DNA from: Macrostomum lignano
Lineage: Eukaryota
Length of the DNA stretch: 64,000 nt
Direction of reading: 5' to 3'
NCBI GenBank assembly: GCA_002269645.1
Contig: NIVC01001798.1
Coordinates: 62,001-126,000 of the forward strand
The notes beneath the pieces were generated by a model that worked only from the letters and a program-made list of their open reading frames with translations, had not been told where the DNA came from and ran no database searches. Made by a program: the position numbers and the translations under genes. Position 1 is the stretch's first letter. Every line of letters starts with the position of its first letter. Shown here piece by piece: positions 26,286 through 40,616 of the stretch.

Positions 26286-26789
26286 ACAATTAATTGGTCG
26301 TTCTGGCACAAAACAGAGCAATGAAACCTTAAGAAGCACTAATGAGTAATGTAATCTCTTTAATGGCAGAAGATTAACAATAGCTGTTCCAACCGCTGCA
26401 GCGCAAGTGCCACCCAATTTGATGTTTAGTATAAAGCACTTTCATTTCTAACGACACAAAGAAAGACTTTTTAAACGCTTCCCCCTACTGGCACAACAAT
26501 TCTGATAGGGAATCAGAAAAATGAATTAAATTCAAGAGAGATCCTTTATTGCAGTGCTCACTTTAGGTGAAGTTGCTGGCTTGAGTAAAGCATTTGAATG
26601 CATTTGAAAATGATTTCACTAGCTGTTCATTACAATACCGGGGTATGGGGATTGTGACTCATCTGACATTACAGTCAAAATTGAGTCAGGAATTTGAGCT
26701 TGTAGAAGCGCACTTGACAACTGTAAGGATTGGAATGGAGTGGTATGCTCGTAGACCAAATGATGGTTTGAGAGAGACTTCACAGGTAG

Positions 26790-27575
26790 GAGGAGAGGGT
26801 TGAGAGGGAGAGGGGAGAGAGGGAGAGAGGTTGAGAGGGAGAGGGGAGAAGAGGGTTGAGAGGGAGAGGGAGAAGAGGGTTGAGAGGGAGAGGGGAGAAG
26901 AGGGTTGAGAGGGAGAGGGGAGAAGAGGGTTGAGAGGGAGAGGGGAGAAGAGGGTTGAGAGGGAGAGGGGAGAAGAGGGTTGAGAGGGAGAGGGGAGAAG
27001 AGGGTTGAGAGGGAGAGGGTTGAGAGAGGGGGAGAGAAGAGGGTTGAGAGGGAGAGGGGAGAAGAGGGTTGAGAGGGAGAGGGGAGAAGAGGGTTGAGAG
27101 GGAGAGGGGAGAAGAGGGTTGAGAGGGAGAGGGGAGAAGAGGGTTGAGAGGGAGAGGGGAGAAGAGGGTTGAGAGGGAGAGGGAGAAGAGGGTTGAGAGG
27201 AAGAAGAGGGTTGAGAGGGAGAGGGGGAGAAAAGGGTTGAGAGGGAGAGGGGAGAAGAGGGTTGAGAGGGAGAAGAGGGTTGGGAGGGAGAAGAGGGTTG
27301 AGAGGGAGAGGGGAGAAGAGGGTTGAGGGGGAGAGGGAGGAGAGGGTTGAGGGGGAGAGGGGAGAAGAGGGTTGAGGGGGAGAGGGGAGAAGAGGGTTGA
27401 GGGGGAGAGGGGAGAAGAGGGTTGAGGGGGAGAGGGAGGAGAGGGTTGAGGGGGAGAGGGGAGAAGAGGGTTGAGGGGGAGAGGGAGAAGAGGGTTGAGG
27501 GGGAGAGGGGAGAAGAGGGTTGAGGGGGAGAGGGGAGAAGAGGGTTGAGGGGAGAAGAGGGTTGAGGGGAGAGAG
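26790..27575. repeat. Purine-rich 25-bp minisatellite (GAGGGTTGAGAGGGAGAGGGGAGAA)n
   Basis: Direct reading. Confidence 0.95.
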
Positions 27576-28135
27576 TTGGAGGAAGGCAGGCGTGGAAAGA
27601 GAGGAACAGAGGTGTCACGAAGGTCAGATTGAAGCGCGCGATCCTGCCCAGTCCAGCCAAGCAGATCGCTCCGCAAAGATGGCAACAGGCGAAGGAGAAA
27701 ATTTGCCAGTCCAACACAGCCCTGCCAAGTATTCACAGCTTGGTCCCCATGCAGCTGCTTTCCGACAAAAAGTTTGTTGCTGACAAAAATGACTGCCCGA
27801 ATTAAATGTTATTTTCTGCACAAGCAATGCAGTCAGTTCACCAGGACAGGTCGAGTGCCAGGACAGACCAGCCCCAGCCCCTGTGAATGTTCCTTGTAGA
27901 GCTTTTGACATTTTCAAAATCCAAGTAAAAAAATTCAGTCCGTAGATGGCAGGGAACGAAAAAAGATGGAATAAAGTGCTTTTCGGCGGTGAACGTCTTT
28001 TACAACCATATCAGGAGATATTGGAGAACTAACCGACAGCTAGCGATGCTTTTATGCAGCATCCAAAACCATAAATTATTCAAATTTTTCTGTCCGAAAT
28101 CTTCCTTTTCTTCTACTCTGGCGTAATTGATAGAT

Positions 28136-28172
<37 letters not shown>

Positions 28173-28226
28173 TAGATAGCGAGAAAGAGCGAGCGAAGCG
28201 AGCTCTTTCGAGCTTGCTTGCCGCAG

Positions 28227-28297
28227 CCAATCACGCTGAAAGCACGCACACAAGATCACCGGAAACGATTAAGGCAGCTGGAAAGCCAATGGGTGCG
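28227..28297 (+). CDS. Orphan membrane protein, putative exon 4
   Basis: Acceptor CTTGCCGCAG| in phase 0, PITLKARTQDHRKRLRQLESQWV-R (helical), donor CG|GTAAGC. Confidence 0.45.
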
Positions 28298-28464
28298 GTA
28301 AGCGCTTTTATCCAGAGGAACTACCTGCTGGAACCAGCCATGCCGAACGAAAATCAGACTACTCAAGTAGTGCAAAAAGAGTGCGAGCAACTACCGAGAA
28401 ATCTAATTTTCGTAACCGCTCCGGTGCAGGTCCTGGCAATAGATGGTAGATAGCGAGAAAGAGC

Positions 28465-28795
<331 letters not shown>

Positions 28796-28870
28796 AGACA
28801 TCCACCATCCCGCAGGAGTCGCCGCACCCCAGCAACAGCCTCAGCAGCCGCCGACTCCACCCCAAGCCAG

Positions 28871-29192
28871 ACGCCACTGGCAGCTTCTTGAAGAGGCCAG
28901 CGACCTCAGTCGGCACTACCAATGCCTGACGGCCCACAATGCGGACCTGCACCGCCTGCCGCTCAGGCGGGCCATCTCCTCGGCGTCGGCGGCATCGTCG
29001 TCTACTTGTCGAACCATCTGGCGGCCTCCACTGACGCGGCAGCGTCGAATTCGCGGCTGGCAACGCCGACAGGCCAGCAGCTACAGCGGTGGTCGTAACG
29101 ACGCTGGCAGCGGCGAGGCTTCTATGTACGCTTCGGAGGACGACTTTGATGATTCTGAAACGGCCGGCTCCGGAGTTGGCCGTTTTGGTTGA
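28871..29192 (+). CDS. Orphan membrane protein, putative terminal exon
   Basis: GC-rich open frame RHWQLLEEASDLSRHYQCLTAHNADLHRLPLRRAISS...EDDFDDSETAGSGVGRFG*. The phase-2 acceptor CCAAGCCAG|A fits exon 4; an alternative acceptor at 28797 gives a shorter C-terminus. Confidence 0.4.
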
Positions 29193-29299
29193 CTTGGCTG
29201 TCGTTGCAACGTTTTAGACACTGTACTGGTCTGATCAGGCTTTGATCGCCTTTCTTTTTTGAGTTTTTCTTTCCCTCAATAGCAGCTCCAAATAAACCG

Positions 29300-29670
29300 A
29301 CGCCCTGAAATTTGATTGGAGCCAGTTTTCATTTTAATTGCCTTTGGTCTCAGAGTTTTATAAAATCAGCCACCGCCCCTTTTAAAGGCTGCCCCACCCC
29401 ACGCCCTGAAATCGGATTGGCTGGTGTCAATAGTCACTTTAATTGGCCTTGGGCGCAGAGTTTTCTAACCTGAACCCCCGTTATGTGGCTGTCCAGCCCA
29501 CGCCCTGAAATCGGATTGGCTGGTGTCAATAGTCACTTTATTGGCCTTGGGTGCAGAGTTTTCTAACCTCAACCCCCTTTATAAATAGCTGCCCCACCCC
29601 ACGCCTTGAAATCCGATTGGCTGGAGCCAAAATCTCATTTCAATTGGCTTTAAGCAGAGCCTTCTAACCG
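29300..29670. repeat. Diverged ~100-bp tandem repeat, 4 copies
   Basis: CGCC(C/T)TGAAATxxGATTGG at about 29301, 29403, 29502 and 29603. Confidence 0.75.
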
Positions 29671-30995
29671 TCTCTCTCTGGAAGTATGTACATTTTGTTT
29701 TACTTTTCATTTTATTTCCCCTGTTGTAGTTTTTTCTTAATCTATCCAATAGCTAGTTAAATTTACTGACAAAAATTATGAAATTATAACAGTGATCGGA
29801 AAGCTATTTCTAAGCTGAAATGGCTTAAGGGTTGATTTTTTGTAGAAATTAACATATGCTGTGCATTCCATTGACGAACGCCCAGGTAGAATAGTGGTTA
29901 TATATAGTTGCATGTACATATATCAAACTCAACACTTTTTATCCTAATTCTAAACGCTTGTAAATACTTCCTATTTCAACTGATTCATTCGAATAGAATG
30001 GATTTGAAATCGTTGAACTGCTGCGTGCGTGTTTCGCAAATCAAACTTGCTACTACATAAGTAGTGCATCAAAGATGTTGATTCAATAAAAGCAACTTGG
30101 CATACCTGGAAATTTTAATTCTAAATGAATTCGTGGAAAAGTTATTGTGTAGAAAATTATCAATTTATTAAGAGGCGCGCAGGCCTACAAAGTTGACCTA
30201 AAAAAATTAACTGAACCAGATATCTGACCACGAGTCTGCAGTTTCCAAACTACTTTTTCCGATACGTTTTAAAAGCGTAATTTTTTTTCTGGGTACACAA
30301 CAGTTATTGTAGCAAAGAGAGATAAATTACTCTTCAAATTTTGTTGTTCGATACAAATTTTAATCTGCCTTTAATAACCAGAGCTTTCCAGCTGAATCCA
30401 CTTTCTACCAATGATGAGACTTAGCGTCAAGTTCGAGCTGTTTCAAGTACAGCCGAACCTCGAGCAGAACCCATTTCACAGTTTCAAGTCGCAGGCTAAA
30501 AATAGTGTTGTTCACACCCTACCCGCCTCACTTCCCGCTGCCGGTGGGATCGGTGAATGTTCACCAGAGTGAAATAACGAATTGCACGAAACCGTGCAAC
30601 CGCGAGTCGCCTATACGGCCCTAAATAGTTGCTGATTCCATTGGGACTTGAGAGGGTAAGCAATTAAAATGCAGGTGCAAGTGCGAGTAAGTACATGTCC
30701 ACGTATAGTCGACCAATTTGTGTTAGCAGAGTGCCTGTAGATAAAGCTCGTAGTCATCAGACAACTTACGCGAGCATAGAACAAGTAAGTAGATAGACTA
30801 TAGATAGAGACTCTATATTGCCTATAGATCCTAGATAGCCTATAGATTCGAGTTTTCCTATAGATGTTCCAGCTTTTTCCAAATTCCAGCTTTTTACACC
30901 ATCCTGCTCTCCTTAATTATATTGATTATATTGCTCTTATAAGAAAATATTTTGCAAACTAAAAGGTATTAAGGTTAATTAGGGAAAGGAAGCAA

Positions 30996-31190
30996 CTGGG
31001 GGGGGGGGGTCGCCACACAACCTCAATTACCCCAGCTAATGCTGGCACCCAGTTTACAGCTGGGTGAACTCGAGCAATGCAGAGTTGTGTCTTGCTCAAG
31101 GACACAAATTGTTCCAGTGGGATCGGGAATCGAACTCCCGACGTAGTCAAGTCGTGAGTCCGACGCTCTGACCACCAGGCTGCGACCCCT
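30996..31190 (-). mobile_element. Same SINE family, minus-strand copy
   Basis: Reverse complement GGGGTCGCAGCCTGGTGGTCAGAGCGTCGGACTC...GGAGTTCGATTCCC...TTTGTGTCCTTGAGCAAGACAC; the most tRNA-like head of the three. Confidence 0.8.
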
Positions 31191-31399
31191 CCTAGACTAC
31201 AACATCAATTTTGCTATTTTGTAAGAACTGAAAGGATAGTGGGTGACAAAATTAAAAAGAGGCAAGTAAAGTGGTATCATCAACAAAAGAATGAATTTCT
31301 GATGTTTTAATTTCAAGAAGGTCATTTATTATACAAGTATAGGAATAGGGTAGTAAAGATAGGAATAAGACAGATCCTTGGGGAATAGAGGAAATCCGA

Positions 31400-31583
31400 T
31401 TGCCTATAGATGCTAGATTGCCTTTAGATCCGGGTCACTAGATTGCCTTTAGATCCGGGTCACTAGATTGCCTATAGATCCGGGTCACTAGATTGCCTAT
31501 AGATCCGGGTCACTAGATTGCCTATAGATCCGGGTCACTAGATTGCCTATAGATCCGGGTCACTAGATTGCCTATAGATCCGA
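31400..31583. repeat. 25-bp minisatellite (TAGATCCGGGTCACTAGATTGCCTA)n
   Basis: Direct reading. Confidence 0.95.
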
Positions 31584-32099
31584 GTCCAGTTTCCCTCAGA
31601 AAAATGTGTTTTTGCGCATTTTTTCAGAACCCTAATTTTCTCCGACAGACTTGAAGCGTCATGGACCGCTGTCGGTGACCGGCCAGTAGCGATGCAGTTC
31701 CGAGGTGCGTTCGGCAGGCGTGACGGCGCAACTCCCAAATTCCCTTACAGATTTTTTCGGCGCCTTGAGCGACACAAAAGCTATTTATCATTTTGTTTCT
31801 CATGTTTTCGAGACGAGTTTTTGAAGTTGCCGACAACAGAAAAGTAGCCACTAGGGCCGAATACTCAACAAGTTCTTTTGTAAAGGTTATCCGCCTGAAA
31901 AGGGGGATTTAAAAAAAGTTGTTTACAAGACTTTTTCCCTCAAAACCAGTCGCGGGACCTTCTCGCGCCCATTTTGCTTAATCAGCTTATCATGGGATCT
32001 CATCATTTTTTTAATCCCCACTTCCGAACGGTTTCAGTCTCGGGTTGATAGTCTTAAATCGGATACACAATTACTCGATTGTCACTGGCTCACTTAGTC

Positions 32100-32560
32100 A
32101 CCACTCATGAACTCACTAACGAACTCACTCACGAACTCACTCATGAACTCACTCACGAACTCACTCATGAACTCACTCACGAACTCACTCATGAACTCAC
32201 TCATGAACTCACTCACGAACTCACTCATGAACTCACTCATGAACTCACTCATGAACTCACTCACGAACTCACTCATGAACTCACTCACGAACTCACTCAT
32301 GAACTCACTCACGAACTCACTCATGAACTCACTCACGAACTCACTCATGAACTCACTCATGAACTCACTCACGAACTCACTCATGAACTCACTCATGAAC
32401 TCACTCATGAACTCACTCATGAACTCACTCGTGAATACATTCACGACCTTACTGATGAACTCACTTATGAACTCACTACTCATGAACTCACTCACGAACT
32501 CACTCATGACCTCAATCATGAACTCACTCACGAACTCATTCATGAACTCACTCATTCGCT
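32100..32560. repeat. 12-bp minisatellite (ACTCATGAACTC/ACTCACGAACTC)n
   Basis: Direct reading. Confidence 0.95.
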
Positions 32561-33264
32561 CATATGATATATAAACTTATTGACTATTTAATGAAGTCAG
32601 CGAACCACTTGGTCCTAATTTTTCAAGACAAAAGAGATTGACAAGGACGCAAATGTCTGCTGAGATGAGAAGCATATATTTATCGCAAAGCATTTCTTTA
32701 ACTAAAATTTTCTTTGTTTATCCAGTGGCAGAAAATCGATCAAACAAAAAATCGAAGGCGGCCTTTACATTCTTAATAGCTACTGCAAGTAGTTAGCAGT
32801 TTAAGTACTTATTAGTAAAATAATTCGGTGGATTAACTCAGTCTTGATCAACCCTATTTAAAATGTGATAATAAAACAAGCTGATTGGGCCTTTTGTGAA
32901 GCAGTTTAAGCCTTATTTATTCATTTTGACTAAGATGGAAGCATAATTAGCGTTTTGCTCGAATTTTTAAAGACAGTGAAAAGCAAAAAAATGTAAAAAA
33001 TATATTTTCTGGATCCTAAGACTGCTAATATAGATCTAACAGCAAAAACCACCTTGTATGAATAAGGGTTAACAAAACTATCGAAAAACAGCATTCTTCA
33101 ATTAAGTCCAAGAAAAACTATTGTATAAAAAGACGAGTATCAAGACGAATAAGAGGGATACAATTTCTGCAAATTTTACTGCTTTAGTAAATATTTACAA
33201 TGAAAATGATGGACATGCGCTTTGACATGCGCCTTGCCGTAAGACTGGCTGACAGAAAACAGAC

Positions 33265-33600
<336 letters not shown>

Positions 33601-33688
33601 TCTAAACACTTCAATGTGCTTCAGTTCTGTCCAACTTCGGCCACTCGGACACTCTGTACAAGTAAGTGTCCGGTCTACTAGCTCGCCA

Positions 33689-34179
33689 TCAGCCCAGCAG
33701 CCGGTGCCGCAGTCGCTGCAAAGTGGACATCTCCTGGCCGTCGCCTCCTCTATCGACGACGCCCACGGCGGCTTCGGCCCGACCGCTCAGCCGCAGCAGG
33801 CGGGCTACGGCGCGTCGAAAATCTTCGTTGAAAACGGTGTAGATGATGGGGTTCAGCGCCGAGTTCAGGTAGCCCAGCCACACGGCCGCATCGAATGCAG
33901 ATTTCTGCTTGACGCCCCAGGCGCCGGCCAGGTAGAAGATGAAGAAGGGCAGCCAGCAGAGCATGAAGACGCCCATGACGATGCCGAGGGTGCGCAGAGC
34001 TCGACGCTCGCGCATCAGAGAAATTTTCTGCCGAGCGCGGGCCTTGCCGGCCAGCAGTTGGTGCTGGTAGGCCGCCGCCGCCGCCGCCGCCGCCGCCGCT
34101 GCCGTGGCGATCGACTCTGAAGCATCCTGGATGCCGCCACCGTTGATGCTGCTGTTGTTGCTGTTAGCTGTGACAGCTT

Positions 34180-34220
<41 letters not shown>

Positions 34221-34285
34221 GCAGCATTTGCTGATGTTGTCGTCGGGTTGGCGACGGCTCCGCAAGCGCTGCTTCGGTCGTCCTG
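33689..34285 (-). CDS. Aminergic GPCR, exon 3 (ICL3, TM6-TM7, C-tail); spliced product about 417 aa
   Basis: Acceptor TTCAG|CAG in phase 0; 597 nt to the stop. [34 protein letters not shown]...[24 protein letters not shown] closely resembles tyramine/oct-tyr receptor TM6-7. Confidence 0.92.
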
Positions 34286-34434
34286 CTGAACGGAGATTTC
34301 ACATTTTAAATTCTAGCATTTGAACCGCAGTTTGGCGTAGCAAATTTGGCATAAAATTTCTCTTTATTTGTTATTACCCATTTGAACTAATGTCGGTTTT
34401 TCATTCGCACTCAGTTCCATAGCTGTATCTGTAT

Positions 34435-34800
<366 letters not shown>

Positions 34801-35419
34801 AACTGTCAGTTTTTGAAACACTTGGATCAGAAGACAAGGTTTGAAAAAGAGCCGCATTATACTATTAACGCACAGAACAAAGGAAATAATTTAAAAAAGC
34901 TGCCCTGTGTATTTGGTGGTGAGTCTGAACGTGATCAAACAATCGATTGCTAATCCGAGGGAGGTCACGTGAATTCATTGAGTTTTCGAGAAAAATATCG
35001 ATTCTAAAGAAATAGAACTGCGAAAAAGGCGATTTTCTGTGGGAGAAATATAGGCCTTACCTTACTTAGCTAGGTTTGCAAGCCAGGTCGCACTAAATTT
35101 TGAGTTGACACTGCTTACACTAAATGCACTGCGGCCCCATGCCTCAGTTTCTCGTGTCCGTTGAAATTATTCTCTTCCCCTGCAGTTATTTCTGTGCCCT
35201 CACCGGAGTGACCGATTTCAATTTCTACAAGGGAATCATTTTTAAAGAGCTTTCCTAGCACTAATTTATTGCTATTTCAATTCACTTCGGTCATTTAAGA
35301 CAACCTGGATAATTTTTATGTGAAACTCCACGCCGCTAAGATTTAGCGGCGTGTTTAGCTAAGACACCGGGTAGCAACACCGAATCTGCTAAGGCTGCAT
35401 CTATATTGCACTTACACAT

Positions 35420-36112
<693 letters not shown>

Positions 36113-36124
36113 CAGGAAACTCAC

Positions 36125-36473
36125 CGAGCCCTGCCGCACGCTGGTGGCCTGTGAGAACCTATTCACGGCCGATTCTTGGGCCCGACGTCGCAGCCTCCTC
36201 CTCAGGGTGATGTAAATCTTCACGTACAGGCTGATGATGAGCCCAGCCGGGATGTAGAAGCTGCCCATAGCGCTGAAGATGATATAGCCTGGCAGCTCAG
36301 GCAGGGTGCAGTTGAAGGACTGGCTGGCATCGGAGCTGTTGCCCCGCTGAAAGCCCAGCACCGGGCCGATGCTGATGAGGCCGCTCAGGCCGAAGGCGGC
36401 AGCGATCATGGCCAGCACCGTGGCGAGGGTGCGTCTGGTGGCGTACTGAATCGGGTACCTGATGGCCGCGTAC
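36125..36473 (-). CDS. Aminergic GPCR, exon 2 (TM4-TM5)
   Basis: Acceptor TACAG|G completes [13 protein letters not shown]...[14 protein letters not shown]...LYVKIY; donor TCG|GTGAGT. Confidence 0.92.
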
Positions 36474-36609
36474 CTGTACACAACGGGCGTGTGTGCAGAA
36501 AGTCAGGGCTGCTGTGTGCATGAGTGTCGGGCCTTCGTACAGTATTGGCGCCCTTGTATGTGACAATGTCTCTGAATCGGCCGCCTGTAGATAATACTAA
36601 TAATATTAC

Positions 36610-36917
36610 CTGTCCACAGCGATCGCGGCAAGATTCAAGATGCTGGCGGTGCAGCAGAAGATGTCGAGCGTGGTGAACAGGGTGCAGACAACGCGTGGCA
36701 GTCGCGTGGGATCCACGTACACGAGAATCTGGAGCGGCATGACCAGGATGCCGACTGCCAGGTCTGCAGAGGCCAGACTGACCAGCAGGAAGTTCTGCAC
36801 CTGGCGAAGTGTTCTGTTGGTGAACACGGCCACTATGACGAGAATATTGCCAGAGATTGTCATTGCATCTAGGAGGCACATGAATGGCACGGCGGCCCAT
36901 TGAGTGCCGGATAACAT
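36610..36917 (-). CDS. Aminergic (tyramine/octopamine-like) class A GPCR, exon 1 (TM1-TM3)
   Basis: GN in TM1, LASADL in TM2, and LDIFCCTASILNLAAIAVDR in TM3 with the amine-binding Asp3.32. The intron splits DRY (AG|GTAATA). Confidence 0.92.
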
Positions 36918-37179
36918 GTTTTGGCAATTGGTTGAATGTTTTCCTCACTTTCTTAAGTTGCAGGATTTTAAAATCGAGAAGCTTTTCTGAAGAAAGAAAA
37001 CGATTGCTTTTTTATGTTTGCTAGCTGGGAAAGACTGGGTTGCTATTGGTTGTAGTGGACAACGGGGCAGCCTTATTGGTCCTGAAGATTGATGAGCAAC
37101 CAACGGTGGACTGACGCGATTAGGCGAAAAAATGCTGGATTAAAGTTTTTTAGAGTGCCCTGAGTTTTGTTGATTCGCG

Positions 37180-37690
37180 CCATTAAGGATTTAATAATTG
37201 ACGCCACAAGGATTTGATAATTGACGCCACAAGGATTTAATAATTGACGCCACAAAGGATTTAATAATTGGCGCCACAAGGATTCGATAATTGGCGCCAC
37301 AAGGATTTAATAGTTGACGCCACAAGGATTTGATAATTGGCGCCACAAGGATTTGATAATTGGCGCCACAAGGATTTGATAATTGGCGCCACAAGGATTT
37401 AATGATTGACGCCACAAGGATATAATAATTGGCGCCACAAGGATTTGATAATTGGCGCCACAAGGATTTGATAATTGGCGCCACAAGGATTTGATAATTG
37501 GCGCCACAAGGATTTGATGATTGGCGCCATTTAGATTTGATGGTTGGCGCCCTTAAGATTTGATGATTGGCGCCATGAAAATTTGATTATTAGCGCCATT
37601 AAAATTTGAAGATTGGCGCCAATAAGATGTGATGATTAGCGCCACAAGGATTTGATAATTGGCGCCACAAGGATTTGATAATTGGTGGCA
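37180..37690. repeat. ~22-bp minisatellite (GGCGCCACAAGGATTTGATAATT)n upstream of the GPCR ATG
   Basis: Direct reading. Confidence 0.9.
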
Positions 37691-38432
37691 TGTCAAATTT
37701 GTCGTATACCATGATAAATCGTATAAAGAATCCAATTTCACAATTTTCTATATTCTCTACTAACCAAACGCAGTGAAAGTAATACTTAACGACTTTTTTT
37801 CCTTTCAAAGTACCAAGCAATGCAAATTGGAAGCACGAGATTTTATTACATACATGCGCAACTTTGGGAATCACCCGGCCGTTTCTATTGGCAACACATA
37901 CATGTAAGTCGCTATTGGCTGAGAGCAGTCACGTGACTACTATTCCGTCCAATAGCGACTTACGTGTGTGTGTGTGTGTGTTGCCGAGTGAATCCCAAGG
38001 TTGCGCCCAAGCATGCGAGAACTGCACTGCCAACCAGAGAGGGGGGGGCAGCTACAGAGGGGGTTTCAATATTCTTCCTAAACAAACAGCCCAGTCTACA
38101 AATTATTGCATGAAATTCTTGTAGCCATTAAAAAAATTCCTTCAATTAACCATTTACTGTGTCACCCGCTCATGACATTTACCCTCCCCTTATTACAACC
38201 TCTTAAGACATTTACCCTCCACTGATTACAACCTCCCATGAAACTGGCGGCAGAATATATCTATCTCTATCTAGCAGCCAAGCGCACACTGCAAAGCAGA
38301 AAAAGCCAGACTCTCATTTGATGATGAGGAATTGCTAAAAGTTACCCAATTTCTTTTTCGTTTTTGGTCTGTCTTTAATGACTTCAATTCGAAAGTCTGC
38401 AGCAATAATTGAGCAATCCGAATGCTCCGAAT

Positions 38433-40022
38433 GCTGGCGCCCCCTCTGTAGCTGGCGCCCCCTCTGCGTAGCTGGCGCCCCCTCTGTAGCTGGCGCTTCT
38501 TCTGTAGCTGGCGCCCCCTCTGTAGCTGGCGCTTCTTCTGTAGCTGGCGCTTCTTCTATAGCTGGCGCTTCTTCTGTAGCTGGCGCCCCCTCTGTAGCTG
38601 GCGCTTCTTCTGTAGCTGGCGCTTCTTCTATAGCTGGTGCTTCTTCTATAGCTGGTGCCCCCTCTGTAGCTGGCGCCCCCTCTGTAGCTGGCTCCCCCTC
38701 TGTAGCTGGCGTCCCCTCTGTAGCTGGCGCCCCCTCTGTAGTTGGCGCTTCTTCTGTAGCTGGCGCCCCTCTGTAGCTGGTGCCCCCTCTGTAGCTGGCG
38801 CCCCCTCTGTAGTTGGCGCTTCTTCTGTAGCTGGTGCCCCCTCTGTAGCTGGCGCCCCCTCTGTAGCTGGCGCCCCCTCTGTAGATGGCGTCCCCTCTGT
38901 AGCTGGCGCCCCCTCTGTAGCTGGCGCCCCCTCTGTAGCTGGCTCCCCCTCTGTAGCTGGCGCCCCCTCTGTAGCTGGCTCCCCCTCTGTAGCTGGCGCC
39001 CCCTCTGTAGCTGGCTCCCCCTCTGTAGCTGGCGCCCCCTCTGTAGCTGGCGCCCCCCTGTAGCTGGCGCCCCCTCTGTAGCTGGCTCCCCCTCTGTAGC
39101 TGGCGCCCCCTCTGAAGCTGGCTCCCCCTCTGTAGCTGGCGCCCCCTCTGTAGCTGGCTCCCCCTCTGTAGCTGGCGCCCCCTCTGTAGCTGGCTCCCCC
39201 TCTGTAGCTGGCGCCCCCTCTGTAGCTGGCTCCCCCTCTGTAGCTGGCGCTTCTTCTGTAGCTGGCGCTCCCTCTGTAGCTGGCGCCCCCTCTGTAGCTG
39301 GCTCCCCCTCTGTAGCTGGCGCCCCCTCTGTAGCTGGCTCCCCCTCTGTAGCTGGCGCCCCCTCTGAAGCTGGCTCCCCCTCTGTAGCTGGCGCCCCCTC
39401 TGTAGCTGGCTCCCCCTCTGTAGCTGGCGCCCCCTCTGTAGCTGGCTCCCCCTCTGTAGCTGGCGCTTCTTCTGTAGCTGGCGCTCCCTCTGTAGCTGGC
39501 GCTTCTTCTGTAGCTGGCGCCCCCTCTGTAGCTGGCGCTTCTTCTGTAGCTGGCGCTTCTTCTATAGCTGGCGCTTCTTCTATAGCTGGTGCCCCCTCTG
39601 TAGCTGGCGCCCCCTCTGTAGCTGGCGCCCCCTATGTAGCTGGCTCCCCCTCTGTAGCTGGCGCCCCCTCTGTAGCTGGCTCCCCCTCTGTAGCTGGCGC
39701 CCCCTCTGTAGTTGGCGCTTCTTCTGTAGCTGGTGCCCCCTCTGTAGCTGGCGCCCCCTCTGTAGCTGGCGCCCCCTCTGTAGCTGGCGCTTCTTCTGTA
39801 GCTGGCGCTTCTTCTATAGCTGGCGCTTCTTCTATAGCTGGTGCCCCCTCTGTAGCTGGCGCCCCCTCTGTAGCTGGCGCCCCCTCTGTAGCTGGCGCCC
39901 CCTCTGTAGCTGGCGCCCCCTATGTAGCTGGCTCCCCCTCTGTAGCTGGCGCCCCCTCTGTAGTTGGCGCTTCTTCTGTAGCTGGTGCCCCCTCTGTAGC
40001 TGGCGCCCCCTCTGTAGCTGGC
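38433..40022. repeat. 18-bp minisatellite (TGTAGCTGGCGCCCCCTC)n
   Basis: Direct reading; CCCCC/TTCTT variants. Confidence 0.95.
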
Positions 40023-40407
40023 TTCTAGAAACTAAGAAGTTTCTAATTGCTTCTAGCAGTGACAGCATCAACAAGCGATTCTTCAACCCGCGTGCCGGTA
40101 GGAACCGCTTTCTAACCTCGTCGGTGCTAGCATTTCAACACTGGCGCCGACCCGTGTCGAGGGAGAACGGACAGACGTGGAGGGCTGGAAGCCTTTTCAG
40201 ATATGGATGATGAGACAGCCTTTCGGTAGCATTTCATAAAAAGATAAATGTAGCTCGAGAATTTGGAAGGCCATGCAGAAGGTGGAATATTCCGAATTCA
40301 CTGTTGAAAAACTGAACTTTCTATTAACTCGCTAAGAGGCGCCGTAGCCCAGTGGTCTAGTGCGGCGCTCTGATGTGCCAGCGGCCCAGGCTCGATTCCA
40401 AGTGCAG

Positions 40408-40616
40408 GGTTGCTTTCACAAAGGCGAAACTTCACAACCGCTAAAAAGACTGTTGTATATGAAAGTAAGTGCAAAAATTTTAGCGGTTGTGAAGTTTCGC
40501 GTTTATGAAACTTAGCGCTTATGAAAGTAGGTGATTTAGCGGTTGTGAAGTTTCGCGTTTATGAAAGCAGGTGCTTTTTGCGGTTGTGAAACTTCGCGTT
40601 TGTGAAACCCACCCCA
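40408..40616. mobile_element. MITE with imperfect ~40-bp TIRs inserted in a tRNA-like SINE head
   Basis: GGTTGCTTTCACAAAGGCGAAACTTCACAACCGC ... GCGGTTGTGAAACTTCGCGTTTGTGAAACCCACC, flanked by the 9-bp direct repeat CAAGTGCAG (40399-40407 and 40617-40625). Confidence 0.6.

Noticed and set aside
27520-27890. Extra exon of the orphan membrane gene (IEARDPAQSS...)
   Set aside because: The candidate acceptor follows a purine-rich repeat with no pyrimidine tract, and exon 3 joins 28227 in phase without it.
31120-31190. tRNA gene (also 15770-15845 and 40344-40400)
   Set aside because: A/B boxes are present, but I could not fold a complete cloverleaf and the sequences continue into SINE bodies.
40066-40140. 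LINE 3' end-like peptide (RFFNPRAGRNRFLTSS)
   Set aside because: Too short and degenerate to support without a profile search.
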